NCBI GenBank assembly: GCA_964016885.1
Contig: OZ024742.1
Coordinates: 215,574,001 to 215,638,000 of the forward strand
From: Eledone cirrhosa
Taxonomy: Eukaryota
Reading direction: 5' to 3'
DNA length: 64,000 nucleotides
Shown here: positions 36,901-49,809 of the stretch, in pieces
Numbering within the stretch: the stretch's first letter is position 1
Layout: each line of letters starts with the position of its first letter
Notes under the pieces: generated by a model
Told to the model about the DNA's origin: nothing
The model's input: the letters and a program-made list of their open reading frames with translations, nothing else
Database searches by the model: none
Made by a program: the position numbers and the translations under genes

Positions 36901-39900
36901 AGTGGTGTTTGTAGTGGTGTGTTGTTGCAGATAGTTAGATAGATGTTGGAGTGGTGTTTGTAGTGGTGTGTTGTTGGTGATAGTTAGATAGTTGGTGGAG
37001 TGCTGTTTGTAGTGTTATGTTGTTGGTGATAGTTAGATAGTTGGTGGAGTGGTGTTTGTAATGGTGTGTTGTTGCTGATAGTTAGATAGATGGTGGAGTG
37101 GTGTTTGTAGTGGTGTGTTGTTGCTGATAGTTAGATAGTTGGTGGAGTGGTGTTTGTAGTGGTGTGTTGTTACTGATAGTTAGATAGTTGATGGAGTGGT
37201 GTTTGTAGTGGTGTGTTGTTGCTGATAGTTAGATAGTTGGTGGAGTGGTGTTTGTAGTGGTGTGTTGTTGGTGATAGTTAGATAGTTGGTGGAGTGGTGT
37301 TTGTAGTGGTGCGTTGTTAGTGGTAGTTCGATAGATTGTGGAGTGGTGTTTGTAGTGGTGTGTTGTTGCTGATAGTTAGATAGATGGTGGAGTGGTGTTT
37401 TTAGTGGTGTGGTGTTGCTGATAGTTAGATAGATGGTGGAGTGGTGTTTGTAGAGGTGTGGTGTTGCTGATAGTTAGATAGTTGGTGGAGTGGTGTTTGT
37501 AGTGGTGTGGTGTTGGTGATAGTTAGATAGTTGGTGGAGTGCTGTTTGTAGTGGTGTGTTGTTGCAGATAGTTTGATAGTTGGTGGAGTGGTGTTTGTAG
37601 TGGTGTGTTGTTGCTGATAGTTAGATAGATGGTGGAGTGGTGTTTGTAGTGGTGTGTTGTTGGTGATAGTTAGATTGTTGGTGGAGTGGTGTTTGTAGTG
37701 GTGTGTTGTTGGTGATAGTTAGATAGATGGTGGAGTGGTGTTTGTAGTGGTGTGTTGTTGGTGATAGTTAGATAGTTGGTGGAGTGCTGTTTGTAGTGGT
37801 ATGTTGTTGGTGATAGTTAGATAGTTGGTGGAGTGGTGTTTGTAAGGGTGTGTTGTTGCTGATAGTTAGATAGATGGTGGAGTGGTGTTTGTAGTGGTGT
37901 GTTGTTGCTGATAGTTAGATAGTTGGTGGAGTGGTGTTTGTAGTGGTGTGTTGTTGGTGATAGTTAGATAGATGGTGGAGTGGTGCTTGTAGTGGTGTGT
38001 TGTTGCTGATAGTTAGATAGTTGGTGGAATGGTGTTTGTAGTTGTGTGTTGTTGGTGATAGTTAGATAGTTGGTGGAGTGGTGTTTGTAGTGGTGTGTTG
38101 TTGGTGATAGTTAGATAGTTGGTGCAGTGGTGTTTGTAGTGGTGTGTTGTTGGTGATAGTTAGATAGTTGGTGGAGTGGTGTTTGTAGTGGTGTGTTGTT
38201 GCTGATAGTAAGATAGATGGTGGAGTGGTGTTTGTAGTGGTGTGTTGTTGCTGATAGTGAGATAGATGTTGGAGTGGTGTTTGTAGTGGTGTGTTGTTGG
38301 TGATAGTTAGATAGCTGGTGGAGTGCTGTTTGTAGTGGTGTGTTGTTGCTGATAGTTAGATAGTTGTTGGAGTGGTGTTTGTAGTGGTGTGTTGTTGCTG
38401 ATATTTAGATAGTTGGTGGAGTGGTGTTTGTAGTGATGTGTTGTTGCTGATAGTTAGATAGTTGATGGAGTGGTGTTTGTAGTGGCGTGTTGTTGCTTAT
38501 AGTTAGATAGTTGGCGGAGTGGTGTTTGTAGTGGTGTGTTGTTGGTGATAGTTAAATAGATGGTGGAGTGGTGTTTGTAATGGTGTGTTGTTTGTGATAG
38601 TTAGATAGTATGTGGAGTGGTATTTGTAGTGGTGTGTTGTTGCTGATAGTTAGATAGAGGGTGTAATGGTGTTTGTAGTGGTGTGTTGTTGGTGATAGTT
38701 AGATAGTTGGTGGAGTGGTGTTTGTAGTGGTGCGTTGTAGGTGGTAGTTCGATAGATAGTGGAGTGGCGTTTGTAGTGGTGTGTTGTTGCCGATAGTCAG
38801 ATAGATGTTGGAGTGGTGTTTGTAGTGGTGTGTTGTTGGTGATAGTTAGATAGTTGGTAAAGTTGTGTTTGTAGTGGTGTGTTGTTGGTGATAGTTAGAT
38901 AGTTGGTGGAGTGGTGTTTGTAGTGGTGTGTTGTTGCTGATAGTGAGATAGATGGTGGAGTGGTGTTTGTAGTGGTGTGTTGTTCCTGATAGTGAGATAG
39001 ATGCTGGAGTGGTGTTTGTAGTGGTGTGTTGTTGGTGATAGTTAGATAGTTGGTGGAGTGATGTTTGTAGTGGTGTGTTGTTGCTGATAGTGAGATAGAT
39101 GGTGGAGTGGTGTTTATAGTGGTGTGTTGTTGCTGATAGTGAGATAGATGGTGGAGTGGTGTTTGTAGTGGTGTGTTGTTGGTGATAGTAGATAGATGGT
39201 GGAGTAGTGTGTGTAGTGATGTGTTGTTGGTGATAGTTAGATAGTTAGTGGAGTGGTGTTTGTAGTGGTGTGTTGTTGGTGATAGTTAGATAGTTGGTGG
39301 AGCGGTGTTTGTAGTGGTGTATTTTTGGTGATAGTTAGATAGTTGGTGAAGTGGTGTTTGTAGTGGTGTGTTGTTGGTGATAGTTAGATAGTTGGTGGAG
39401 TGGTGTTTGTAGAGGTGTGTTGTTGGTGATAGTTAGATAGTTGGTGGAGTGGTGTTTGTAGTGGTGTGTTGTTGGTGATAGTTAGATAGTTGGTGGAGTG
39501 GTGTTTGTAGAGGTGTGTTGTTGGTGATAGTGAGATAGATGGTGGAGTGGTGTTTGTAGTGGTGTGTTGTTGCCGATAGTCAGATAGATGTTGGAGTGGT
39601 GTTTGTAGTGGTGTGTTGTTGGTGATAGTTAGATAGTTGGTAAAGTTGTGTTTGTAGTGGTGTGTTGTTGATGATAAATAGATAGTTGGTGGAGTGGTGT
39701 TTGTAGTGGTGTGTTGTTGGTGATTGTGAGATAGATGGTGGAGTGGTGTTTGTAGTGGTGTGTTGTTGGTGATAGTTAGATAGTTGGTGGAGTGCTGTTT
39801 GTAGTGTTATGTTGTTGGTGATAGTTAGATAGTTGGTGGAGTGGTGTTTGTAGAGGTGTGTTGTTGGTGATAGTTAGATAGTTGGTGGAGTGGTGTTTGT

Positions 39901-41351
39901 AGTGGTGTGTTGTTGGTGATAGTTAGATAGTTGGTGGAGTGGTGTTTGTAGAGGTGTGTTGTTGGTGATAGTGAGATAGATGGTGGAGTGGTGTTTGTAG
40001 TGGTGTGTTGTTGCAGATAGTTAGATAGATGGTGGAGTGGTGTTTGTAGTGGTGTGGTGTTGCTGATAGTTATATAGTTGGTGGAGTGCTGTTTGTAGTG
40101 GTGTGTTGTTGCAGATAGTTAGATAGTTGGTGGAGTGGTGTTTGTAGTGGTGTGTTGTTGCAGATAGTTAGATAGATGTTGGAGTGGTGTTTGTAGTGGT
40201 GTGTTGTTGGTGATAGTTAGATAGTTGGTGGAGTGCTGTTTGTAGTGTTATGTTGTTGGTGATAGTTAGATAGTTGGTGGAGTGGTGTTTGTAATGGTGT
40301 GTTGTTGCTGATAGTTAGATAGATGGTGGAGTGGTGTTTGTAGTGGTGTGTTGTTGCTGATAGTTAGATAGTTGGTGGAGTGGTGTTTGTAGTTGTGTGT
40401 TGTTGGTGATAGTTAGATAGATGGTGGAGTGGTGTTTGTAGTGGTGTGTTGTTGCTGATAGTTAGATAGATGGTGGAATGGTGTTTGTAGTGGTGTGTTG
40501 TTGCTGATAGTTAGATAGATGGTGGAGTGGTGTTTGTAGTGTTGTGTTGTTGGTGATAGTTAGATAGTTGGTGGAGTGATGTTTGTAGTGGTTTGTTGTT
40601 GGTGATAGTTAGATAGTTGTTGGAATGGTGTTTGTAGTTGTGTGTTGTTGGTGATAGTTAGATAGTTGGTGGAGTGGTGTTTGTAGTGGTGTGTTGTTGC
40701 TGATAGTAAGATAGATGGTGGAGTGGTGTTTGTAGTGGTGTGTTGTTGCTGATAGTGAGATAGATGTTGGAGTGGTGTTTGTAGTGGTGTGTTGTTGGTG
40801 ATAGTTAGATAGCTGGTGGAGTGCTGTTTGTAGTGGTGTGTTGTTAGTGGTAGTTCGATAGATAGTGGAGTGGTGTTTGTAGTGGTGTGTTGTTGCTGAT
40901 AGTTAGATAGATGGTGGAGTGGTGTTTTTAGTGGTGTGGTGTTGCTGATAGTTAGATAGATGGTGGAGTGGTGTTTGTAGAGGTGTGGTGTTGCTGATAG
41001 TTAGATAGTTGGTGGAGTGGTGTTTGTAGTGGTGTGGTCTCGGTGATAGTTAGATAGTTGGTGGAGTGCTGTTTGTAGTGGTGTGTTGTTGCAGATAGTT
41101 AGATAGTTGGTGGAGTGGTGTTTGTAGTGGTGTGTTGTTGCAGATAGTTAGATAGATGTTGGAGTGGTGTTTGTAGTGGTGTGTTGTTGGTGATAGTTAG
41201 ATAGTTGGTGGAGTGCTGTTTGTAGTGTTATGTTGTTGGTGATAGTTAGATAGTTGGTGGAGTGGTGTTTGTAATGGTGTGTTGTTGCTGATAGTTAGAT
41301 AGATGGTGGAGTGGTGTTTGTAGTGGTGTGTTGTTGCTGATAGTTAGATAG
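32929..41351 (+). repeat. Near-perfect tandem duplication, period 4213 bp (86 monomers, one of 48 bp)
   Basis: The C of GGTGCG is at 33099/37312, GATAGTATGTGG at 34391/38604, GCCGATAGTCAG at 34576/38789 and 35359/39572, and the C of GGTCTCGG at 36826/41039. All are +4213, which equals 86x49-1. Confidence 0.94.
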
Positions 41352-44300
41352 ATGGTGGAATGGTGTTTGTAGTGGTGTGTTGTTGCTGATAGTTAGATAG
41401 ATGGTGGAGTGGTGTTTGTAGTGGTGTGTTGTTGGTGATAGTTAGATAGTTGGTGGAGTGATGTTTGTAGTGGTGTGTTGTTGGTGATAGTAGATAGATG
41501 GTGGAGTAGTGTGTGTAGTGATGTGTTGTTGGTGAGAGTTAGATAGTTAGTGGAGTGGTGTTTGTAGTGGTGTGTTGTTGGTGATAGTTAGATAGTTGGT
41601 GTAGCGGTGTTTGTAGTGGTGTATTTTTGGTGATAGTTAGATAGTTGGTGAAGTGGTGTTTGTAGTGGTGTGTTGTTGGTGATAGTTAGATAGTTGGTGG
41701 AGTGGTGTTTGTAGAGGTGTGTTGTTGGTGATAGTTAGATAGTTGGTGGAGTGGTGTTTGTAGTGGTGTGTTGTTGGTGATAGTTAGATAGTTGGTGGAG
41801 TGGTGTTTGTAGAGGTGTGTTGTTGGTGATAGTGAGATAGTGGTGTTTGTAGTGGTGTGGTCTTGGTGATAGTTAGATTGTTGGTGGAGTGGTGTTTGTA
41901 GTGGTGTGTTGTTGGTTATAGTTAGATAGATGGTGGAGTGGTGTTTGTAGTGGTGTGTTGTTGGTGATAGTTAGATAGTTGGTGGAGTGCTGTTTGTAGT
42001 GGTGTGTTGTTGCTGATAGTGAGATAGATGGTGGAGTGGTGTTTATAGTGGTGTGTTGTTGCTGATAGTGAGATAGATGGTGGAGTGGTGTTTGTAGTGG
42101 TGTGTTGTTGGTGATAGTAGATAGATGGTGGAGTAGTGTGTGTAGTGATGTGTTGTTGGTGATAGTTAGATAGTTAGTGGAGTGGTGTTTGTAGTGGTGT
42201 GTTGTTGGTGATAGTTAGATAGTTGGTGGAGCGGTGTTTGTAGTGGTGTATTTTTGGTGATAGTTAGATAGTTGGTGAAGTGGTGTTTGTAGTGGTGTGT
42301 TGTTGGTGATAGTTAGATAGTTGGTGGAGTGGTGTTTGTAGAGGTGTGTTGTTGGTGATAGTTAGATAGTTGGTGGAGTGGTGTTTGTAGTGGTGTGTTG
42401 TTGGTGATAGTTAGATAGTTGGTGGAGTGGTGTTTGTAGAGGTGTGTTGTTGGCGATAGTGAGATAGATGGTGGAGTGGTGTTTGTAGTGGTGTGTTGTT
42501 GCCGATAGTCAGATAGATGTTGGAGTGGTGTATGTAGTGGTGTGTTGTTGGTGATAGTTAGATAGTTGGTAAAGTTGTGTTTGTAGTGGTGTGTTGTTGA
42601 TGATAAATAGATAGTTGGTGGAGTGGTGTTTGTAGTGGTGTGTTGTTGGTGATTGTGAGATAGATGGTGGAGTGGTGTTTGTAGTGGTGTGTTGTTGGTG
42701 ATAGTTAGATAGTTGGTGGAGTGCTGTTTGTAGTGTTATGTTGTTGGTGATAGTTAGATAGTTGGTGGAGTGGTGTTTGTAGAGGTGTGTTGTTGGTGAT
42801 AGTTAGATAGTTGGTGGAGTGGTGTTTGTAGTGGTGTGTTGTTGGTGATAGTTAGATAGTTGGTGGAGTGGTGTTTGTAGAGGTGTGTTGTTGGTGATAG
42901 TGAGATAGATGGTGGAGTGGTGTTTGTAGTGGTGTGTTGTTGCAGATAGTTAGATAGATGGTGGAGTGGTGTTTGTAGTGGTGTGGTGTTGCTGATAGTT
43001 ATATAGTTGGTGGAGTGCTGTTTGTAGTGGTGTGTTGTTGCAGATAGTTAGATAGTTGGTGGAGTGGTGTTTGTAGTGGTGTGTTGTTGCAGATAGTTAG
43101 ATAGATGTTGGAGTGGTGTTTGTAGTGGTGTGTTGTTGGTGATAGTTAGATAGTTGGTGGAGTGCTGTTTGTAGTGTTATGTTGTTGGTGATAGTTAGAT
43201 AGTTGGTGGAGTGGTGTTTGTAATGGTGTGTTGTTGCTGATAGTTAGATAGATGGTGGAGTGGTGTTTGTAGTGGTGTGTTGTTGGTGATAGTTAGATAG
43301 TTGGTGGAGCGGTGTTTGTAGTTGTGTGTTGTTGGTGATAGTTAGATAGATGGTGGAGTGGTGTTTGTAGTGGTGTGTTGTTGCTGATAGTTAGATAGAT
43401 GGTGGAATGGTGTTTGTAGTGGTGTGTTGTTGCTGATAGTTAGATAGATGGTGGAGTGGTGTTTGTAGTGTTGTGTTGTTGGTGATAGTTAGATAGTTGG
43501 TGGAGTGATGTTTGTAGTGGTTTGTTGTTGGTGATAGTTAGATAGTTGTTGGAATGGTGTTTGTAGTTGTGTGTTGTTGGTGATAGTTAGATAGTTGGTG
43601 GAGTGGTGTTTGTAGTGGTGTGTTGTTGCTGATAGTAAGATAGATGGTGGAGTGGTGTTTGTAGTGGTGTGTTGTTGCTGATAGTGAGATAGATGTTGGA
43701 GTGGTGTTTGTAGTGGTGTGTTGTTGCTGATAGTTAGATAGATGGTGGAGTGGTGTTTGTAGTGTTGTGTTGTTGGTGATAGTTAGATAGTTGGTGGAGT
43801 GATGTTTGTAGTGGTTTGTTGTTGGTGATAGTTAGATAGTTGTTGGAATGGTGTTTGTAGTTGTGTGTTGTTGGTGATAGTTAGATAGTTGGTGGAGTGG
43901 TGTTTGTAGAGGTGTGTTGTTGGTGATAGTGAGATAGATGGTGGAGTGGTGTTTGTAGTGGTGTGTTGTTGCAGATAGTTAGATAGATGGTGGAGTGGTG
44001 TTTGTAGTGGTGTGGTGTTGCTGATAGTTATATAGTTGGTGGAGTGCTGTTTGTAGTGGTGTGTTGTTGCAGATAGTTAGATAGTTGGTGGAGTGGTGTT
44101 TGTAGTGGTGTGTTGTTGCAGATAGTTAGATAGATGTTGGAGTGGTGTTTGTAGTGGTGTGTTGTTGGTGATAGTTACATAGTTGGTGGAGTGCTGTTTG
44201 TAGTGTTATGTTGTTGGTGATAGTTAGATAGTTGGTGGAGTGGTGTTTGTAATGGTGTGTTGTTGCTGATAGTTAGATAGATGGTGGAGTGGTGTTTGTA

Positions 44301-47300
44301 GTGGTGTGTTGTTGCTGATAGTTAGATAGTTGGTGGAGTGGTGTTTGTAGTTGTGTGTTGTTGGTGATAGTTAGATAGATGGTGGAGTGGTGTTTGTAGT
44401 GGTGTGTTGTTGCTGATAGTTAGATAGATGGTGGAATGGTGTTTGTAGTGGTGTGTTGTTGCTGATAGTTAGATAGATGGTGGAGTGGTGTTTGTAGTGT
44501 TGTGTTGTTGGTGATAGTTAGATAGTTGGTGGAGTGATGTTTGTAGTGGTTTGTTGTTGGTGATAGTTAGATAGTTGTTGGAATGGTGTTTGTAGTTGTG
44601 TGTTGTTGGTGATAGTTAGATAGTTGTTGGAGTGGTGTTTGTAGTGGTGTGTTGTTGCTGATAGTAAGATAGATGGTGGAGTGGTGTTTGTAGTGGTGTG
44701 TTGTTGCTGATAGTGAGATAGATGTTGGAGTGGTGTTTGTAGTGGTGTGTTGTTGGTGATAGTTAGATAGCTGGTGGAGTGCTGTTTGTAGTGGTGTGTT
44801 GTTGGTGGTAGTTCGATAGATAGTGGAGTGGTGTTTGTAGTGGTGTGTTGTTGCTGATAGTTAGATAGATGGTGGAGTGGTGTTTTTAGTGGTGTGGTGT
44901 TGCTGATAGTTAGATAGATGGTGGAGTGGTGTTTGTAGAGGTGTGGTGTTGCTGATAGTTAGATAGTTGGTGGAGTGGTGTTTGTAGTGGTGTGGTCTCG
45001 GTGATAGTTAGATAGTTGGTGGAGTGCTGTTTGTAGTGGTGTGTTGTTGCAGATAGTTAGATAGTTGGTGGAGTGGTGTTTGTAGTGGTTTGTTGTTGCA
45101 GATAGTTAGATAGATGTTGGAGTGGTGTTTGTAGTGGTGTGTTGTTGGTGATAGTTAGATAGTTGGTGGAGTGCTGTTTGTAGTGTTATGTTGTTGGTGA
45201 TAGTTAGATAGTTGGTGGAGTGGTGTTTGTAATGGTGTGTTGTTGCTGATAGTTAGATAGATGGTGGAGTGGTGTTTGTAGTGGTGTGTTGTTGCTGATA
45301 GTTAGATAGTTGGTGGAGTGGTGTTTGTAGTTGTGTGTTGTTGGTGATAGTTAGATAGAAGGTGGAGTGGTGTTTGTAGTGGTGTGTTGTTGCTGATAGT
45401 TAGATAGATGGTGGAATGGTGTTTGTAGTGGTGTGTTGTTGCTGATAGTTAGATAGATGGTGGAGTGGTGTTTGTAGTGGTGTGTTGTTGGTGATAGTTA
45501 GATAGTTGGTGGAGTGATGTTTGTAGTGGTGTGTTGTTGGTGATAGTAGATAGATGGTGGAGTAGTGTGTGTAGTGATGTGTTGTTGGTGATAGTTAGAT
45601 AGTTAGTGGAGTGGTGTTTGTAGTGGTGTGTTGTTGGTGATAGTTAGATAGTTGGTGGAGCGGTGTTTGTAGTGGTGGATTTTTGGTGATAGTTAGATAG
45701 TTGGTGAAGTGGTGTTTGTAGTGGTGTGTTGTTGGTGATAGTTAGATAGTTGGTGGAGTGGTGTTTGTAGAGGTGTGTTGTTGGTGATAGTTAGATAGTT
45801 GGTGGAGTGGTGTTTGTAGTGGTGTGTTGTTGGTGATAGTTAGATAGTTGGTGGAGTGGTGTTTGTAGAGGTGTGTTGTTGGTGATAGTGAGATAGTGGT
45901 GTTTGTAGTGGTGTGGTCTTGGTGATAGTTAGATTGTTGGTGGAGTGGTGTTTGTAGTGGTGTGTTGTTGGTTATAGTTAGATAGATGGTGGAGTGCTGT
46001 TTGTAGTGGTGTGTTGTTGCTGATAGTGAGATAGATGGTGGAGTGGTGTTTATAGTGGTGTGTTGTTGCTGATAGTGAGATAGATGGTGGAGTGGTGTTT
46101 GTAGTGGTGTGTTGTTGGTGATAGTAGATAGATGGTGGAGTAGTGTGTGTAGTGATGTGTTGTTGGTGATAGTTAGATAGTTAGTGGAGTGGTGTTTGTA
46201 GTGGTGTGTTGTTGGTGATAGTTAGATAGTTGGTGGAGCGGTGTTTGTAGTGGTGTATTTTTGGTGATAGTTAGATAGTTGGTGAAGTGGTGTTTGTAGT
46301 GGTGTGTTGTTGGTGATAGTTAGATAGTTGGTGGAGTGGTGTTTGTAGAGGTGTGTTGTTGGTGATAGTTAGATAGTTGGTGGAGTGGTGTTTGTAGTGG
46401 TGTGTTGTTGGTGATAGTTAGATAGTTGGTGGAGTGGTGTTTGTAGAGGTGTGTTGTTGGCGATAGTGAGATAGATGGTGGAGTGGTGTTTGTAGTGGTG
46501 TGTTGTTGCCGATAGTCAGATAGATGTTGGAGTGGTGTTTGTAGTGGTGTGTTGTTGGTGATAGTTAGATAGTTGGTAAAGTTGTGTTTGTAGTGGTGTG
46601 TTGTTGATGATAAATAGATAGTTGGTGGAGTGGTGTTTGTAGTGGTGTGTTGTTGGTGATTGTGAGATAGATGGTGGAGTGGTGTTTGTAGTGGTGTGTT
46701 GTTGGTGATAGTTAGATAGTTGGTGGAGTGCTGTTTGTAGTGTTATGTTGTTGGTGATAGTTAGATAGTTGGTGGAGTGGTGTTTGTAGAGGTGTGTTGT
46801 TGGTGATAGTTAGATAGTTGGTGGAGTGGTGTTTGTAGTGGTGTGTTGTTGGTGATAGTTAGATAGTTGGTGGAGTGGTGTTTGTAGAGGTGTGTTGTTG
46901 GTGATAGTGAGATAGATGGTGGAGTGGTGTTTGTAGTGGTGTGTTGTTGCAGATAGTTAGATAGATGGTGGAGTGGTGTTTGTAGTGGTGTGGTGTTGCT
47001 GATAGTTATATAGTTGGTGGAGTGCTGTTTGTAGTGGTGTGTTGTTGCAGATAGTTAGATAGTTGGTGGAGTGGTGTTTGTAGTGGTGTGTTGTTGCAGA
47101 TAGTTAGATAGATGTTGGAGTGGTGTTTGTAGTGGTGTGTTGTTGGTGATAGTTAGATAGTTGGTGGAGTGCTGTTTGTAGTGTTATGTTGTTGGTGATA
47201 GTTAGATAGTTGGTGGAGTGGTGTTTGTAATGGTGTGTTGTTGCTGATAGTTAGATAGATGGTGGAGTGGTGTTTGTAGTGGTGTGTTGTTGCTGATAGT

Positions 47301-49700
47301 TAGATAGTTGGTGGAGTGGTGTTTGTAGTTGTGTGTTGTTGGTGATAGTTAGATAGATGGTGGAGTGGTGTTTGTAGTGGTGTGTTGTTGCTGATAGTTA
47401 GATAGATGGTGGAATGGTGTTTGTAGTGGTGTGTTGTTGCTGATAGTTAGATAGATGGTGGAGTGGTGTTTGTAGTGTTGTGTTGTTGGTGATAGTTAGA
47501 TAGTTGGTGGAGTGATGTTTGTAGTGGTTTGTTGTTGGTGATAGTTAGATAGTTGTTGGAATGGTGTTTGTAGTTGTGTGTTGTTGGTGATAGTTAGATA
47601 GTTGGTGGAGTGGTGTTTGTAGTGGTGTGTTGTTGCTGATAGTAAGATAGATGGTGGAGTGGTGTTTGTAGTGGTGTGTTGTTGCTGATAGTGAGATAGA
47701 TGTTGGAGTGGTGTTTGTAGTGGTGTGTTGTTGGTGATAGTTAGATAGCTGGTGGAGTGCTGTTTGTAGTGGTGTGTTGTTGGTGGTAGTTCGATAGATA
47801 GTGGAGTGGTGTTTGTAGTGGTGTGTTGTTGCTGATAGTTAGATAGATGGTGGAGTGGTGTTTTTAGTGGTGTGGTGTTGCTGATAGTTAGATAGATGGT
47901 GGAGTGGTGTTTGTAGAGGTGTGGTGTTGCTGATAGTTAGATAGTTGGTGGAGTGGTGTTTGTAGTGGTGTGGTCTCGGTGATAGTTAGATAGTTGGTGG
48001 AGTGCTGTTTGTAGTGGTGTGTTGTTGCAGATAGTTAGATAGTTGGTGGAGTGGTGTTTGTAGTGGTGTGTTGTTGGTGATAGTTAGATAGTTGGTGGAG
48101 TGCTGTTTGTAGTGTTATGTTGTTGGTGATAGTTAGATAGTTGGTGGAGTGGTGTTTGTAATGGTGTGTTGTTGCTGATAGTTAGATAGATGGTGGAGTG
48201 GTGTTTGTAGTGGTGTGTTGTTGCTGATAGTTAGATAGTTGGTGGAGTGGTGTTTGTAGTTGTGTGTTGTTGGTGATAGTTAGATAGATGGTGGAGTGGT
48301 GTTTGTAGTGGTGTGTTGTTGCTGATAGTTAGATAGATGGTGGAATGGTGTTTGTAGTGGTGTGTTGTTGCTGATAGTTAGATAGATGGTGGAGTGGTGT
48401 TTGTAGTGGTGTGTTGTTGGTGATAGTTAGATAGTTGGTGGAGTGATGTTTGTAGTGGTGTGTTGTTGGTGATAGTAGATAGATGGTGGAGTAGTGTGTG
48501 TAGTGATGTGTTGTTGGTGATAGTTAGATAGTTAGTGGAGTGGTGTTTGTAGTGGTGTGTTGTTGGTGATAGTTAGATAGTTGGTGGAGCGGTGTTTGTA
48601 GTGGTGTATTTTGGTGATAGTTAGATAGTTGGTGAAGTGGTGTTTGTAGTGGTGTGTTGTTGGTGATAGTTAGATAGTTGGTGGAGTGGTGTTTGTAGAG
48701 GTGTGTTGTTGGTGATAGTTAGATAGTTGGTGGAGTGGTGTTTGTAGTGGTGTGTTGTTGGTGATAGTTAGATAGTTGGTGGAGTGGTGTTTGTAGAGGT
48801 GTGTTGTTGGTGATAGTGAGATAGTGGTGTTTGTAGTGGTGTGGTCTTGGTGATAGTTAGATTGTTGGTGGAGTGGTGTTTGTAGTGGTGTGTTGTTGGT
48901 TATAGTTAGATAGATGGTGGAGTGGTGTTTGTAGTGGTGTGTTGTTGGTGATAGTTAGATAGTTGGTGGAGTGCTGTTTGTAGTGGTGTGTTGTTGCTGA
49001 TAGTGAGATAGATGGTGGAGTGGTGTTTATAGTGGTGTGTTGTTGCTGATAGTGAGATAGATGGTGGAGTGGTGTTTGTAGTGGTGTGTTGTTGGTGATA
49101 GTAGATAGATGGTGGAGTAGTGTGTGTAGTGATGTGTTGTTGGTGATAGTTAGATAGTTAGTGGAGTGGTGTTTGTAGTGGTGTGTTGTTGGTGATAGTT
49201 AGATAGTTGGTGGAGCGGTGTTTGTAGTGGTGTATTTTTGGTGATAGTTAGATAGTTGGTGAAGTGGTGTTTGTAGTGGTGTGTTGTTGGTGATAGTTAG
49301 ATAGTTGGTGGAGTGGTGTTTGTAGAGGTGTGTTGTTGGTGATAGTTAGATAGTTGGTGGAGTGGTGTTTGTAGTGGTGTGTTGTTGGTGATAGTTAGAT
49401 AGTTGGTGGAGTGGTGTTTGTAGAGGTGTGTTGTTGGCGATAGTGAGATAGATGGTGGAGTGGTGTTTGTAGTGGTGTGTTGTTGTCGATAGTCAGATAG
49501 ATGTTGGAGTGGTGTTTGAGGTGGTGTGTTGTTGGTGATAGTTAGATAGTTGGTAAAGTTGTGTTTGTAGTGGTGTCTTGTTGATGATAAATAGATAGTT
49601 GGTGGAGTGGTGTTTGTAGTGGTGTGTTGTTGGTGATTGTGAGATAGATGGTGGAGTGGTGTTTGTAGTGGTGTGTTTTTGGTGATAGATAGATAGTTGG
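41350..49700 (+). repeat. Mosaic of related 3-4 kb higher-order units
   Basis: The 40-bp deletion monomer recurs at 41827, 45883 and 48811, and G(C/T)CGATAGTCAG recurs at 42501, 46508 and 49485. Marker order is conserved and spacings differ by internal monomer-block indels. Confidence 0.82.
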
Positions 49701-49809
49701 TTGAGTGGTGTTTATAGTGGTGTGTTGTTGCTGATAGTTAGATAGTTGGCGGAGTGGTGTTTGTAGTGGTGTGTTGTTGCTGATAGTGAGATAGATGTTG
49801 GAGTGGTGT

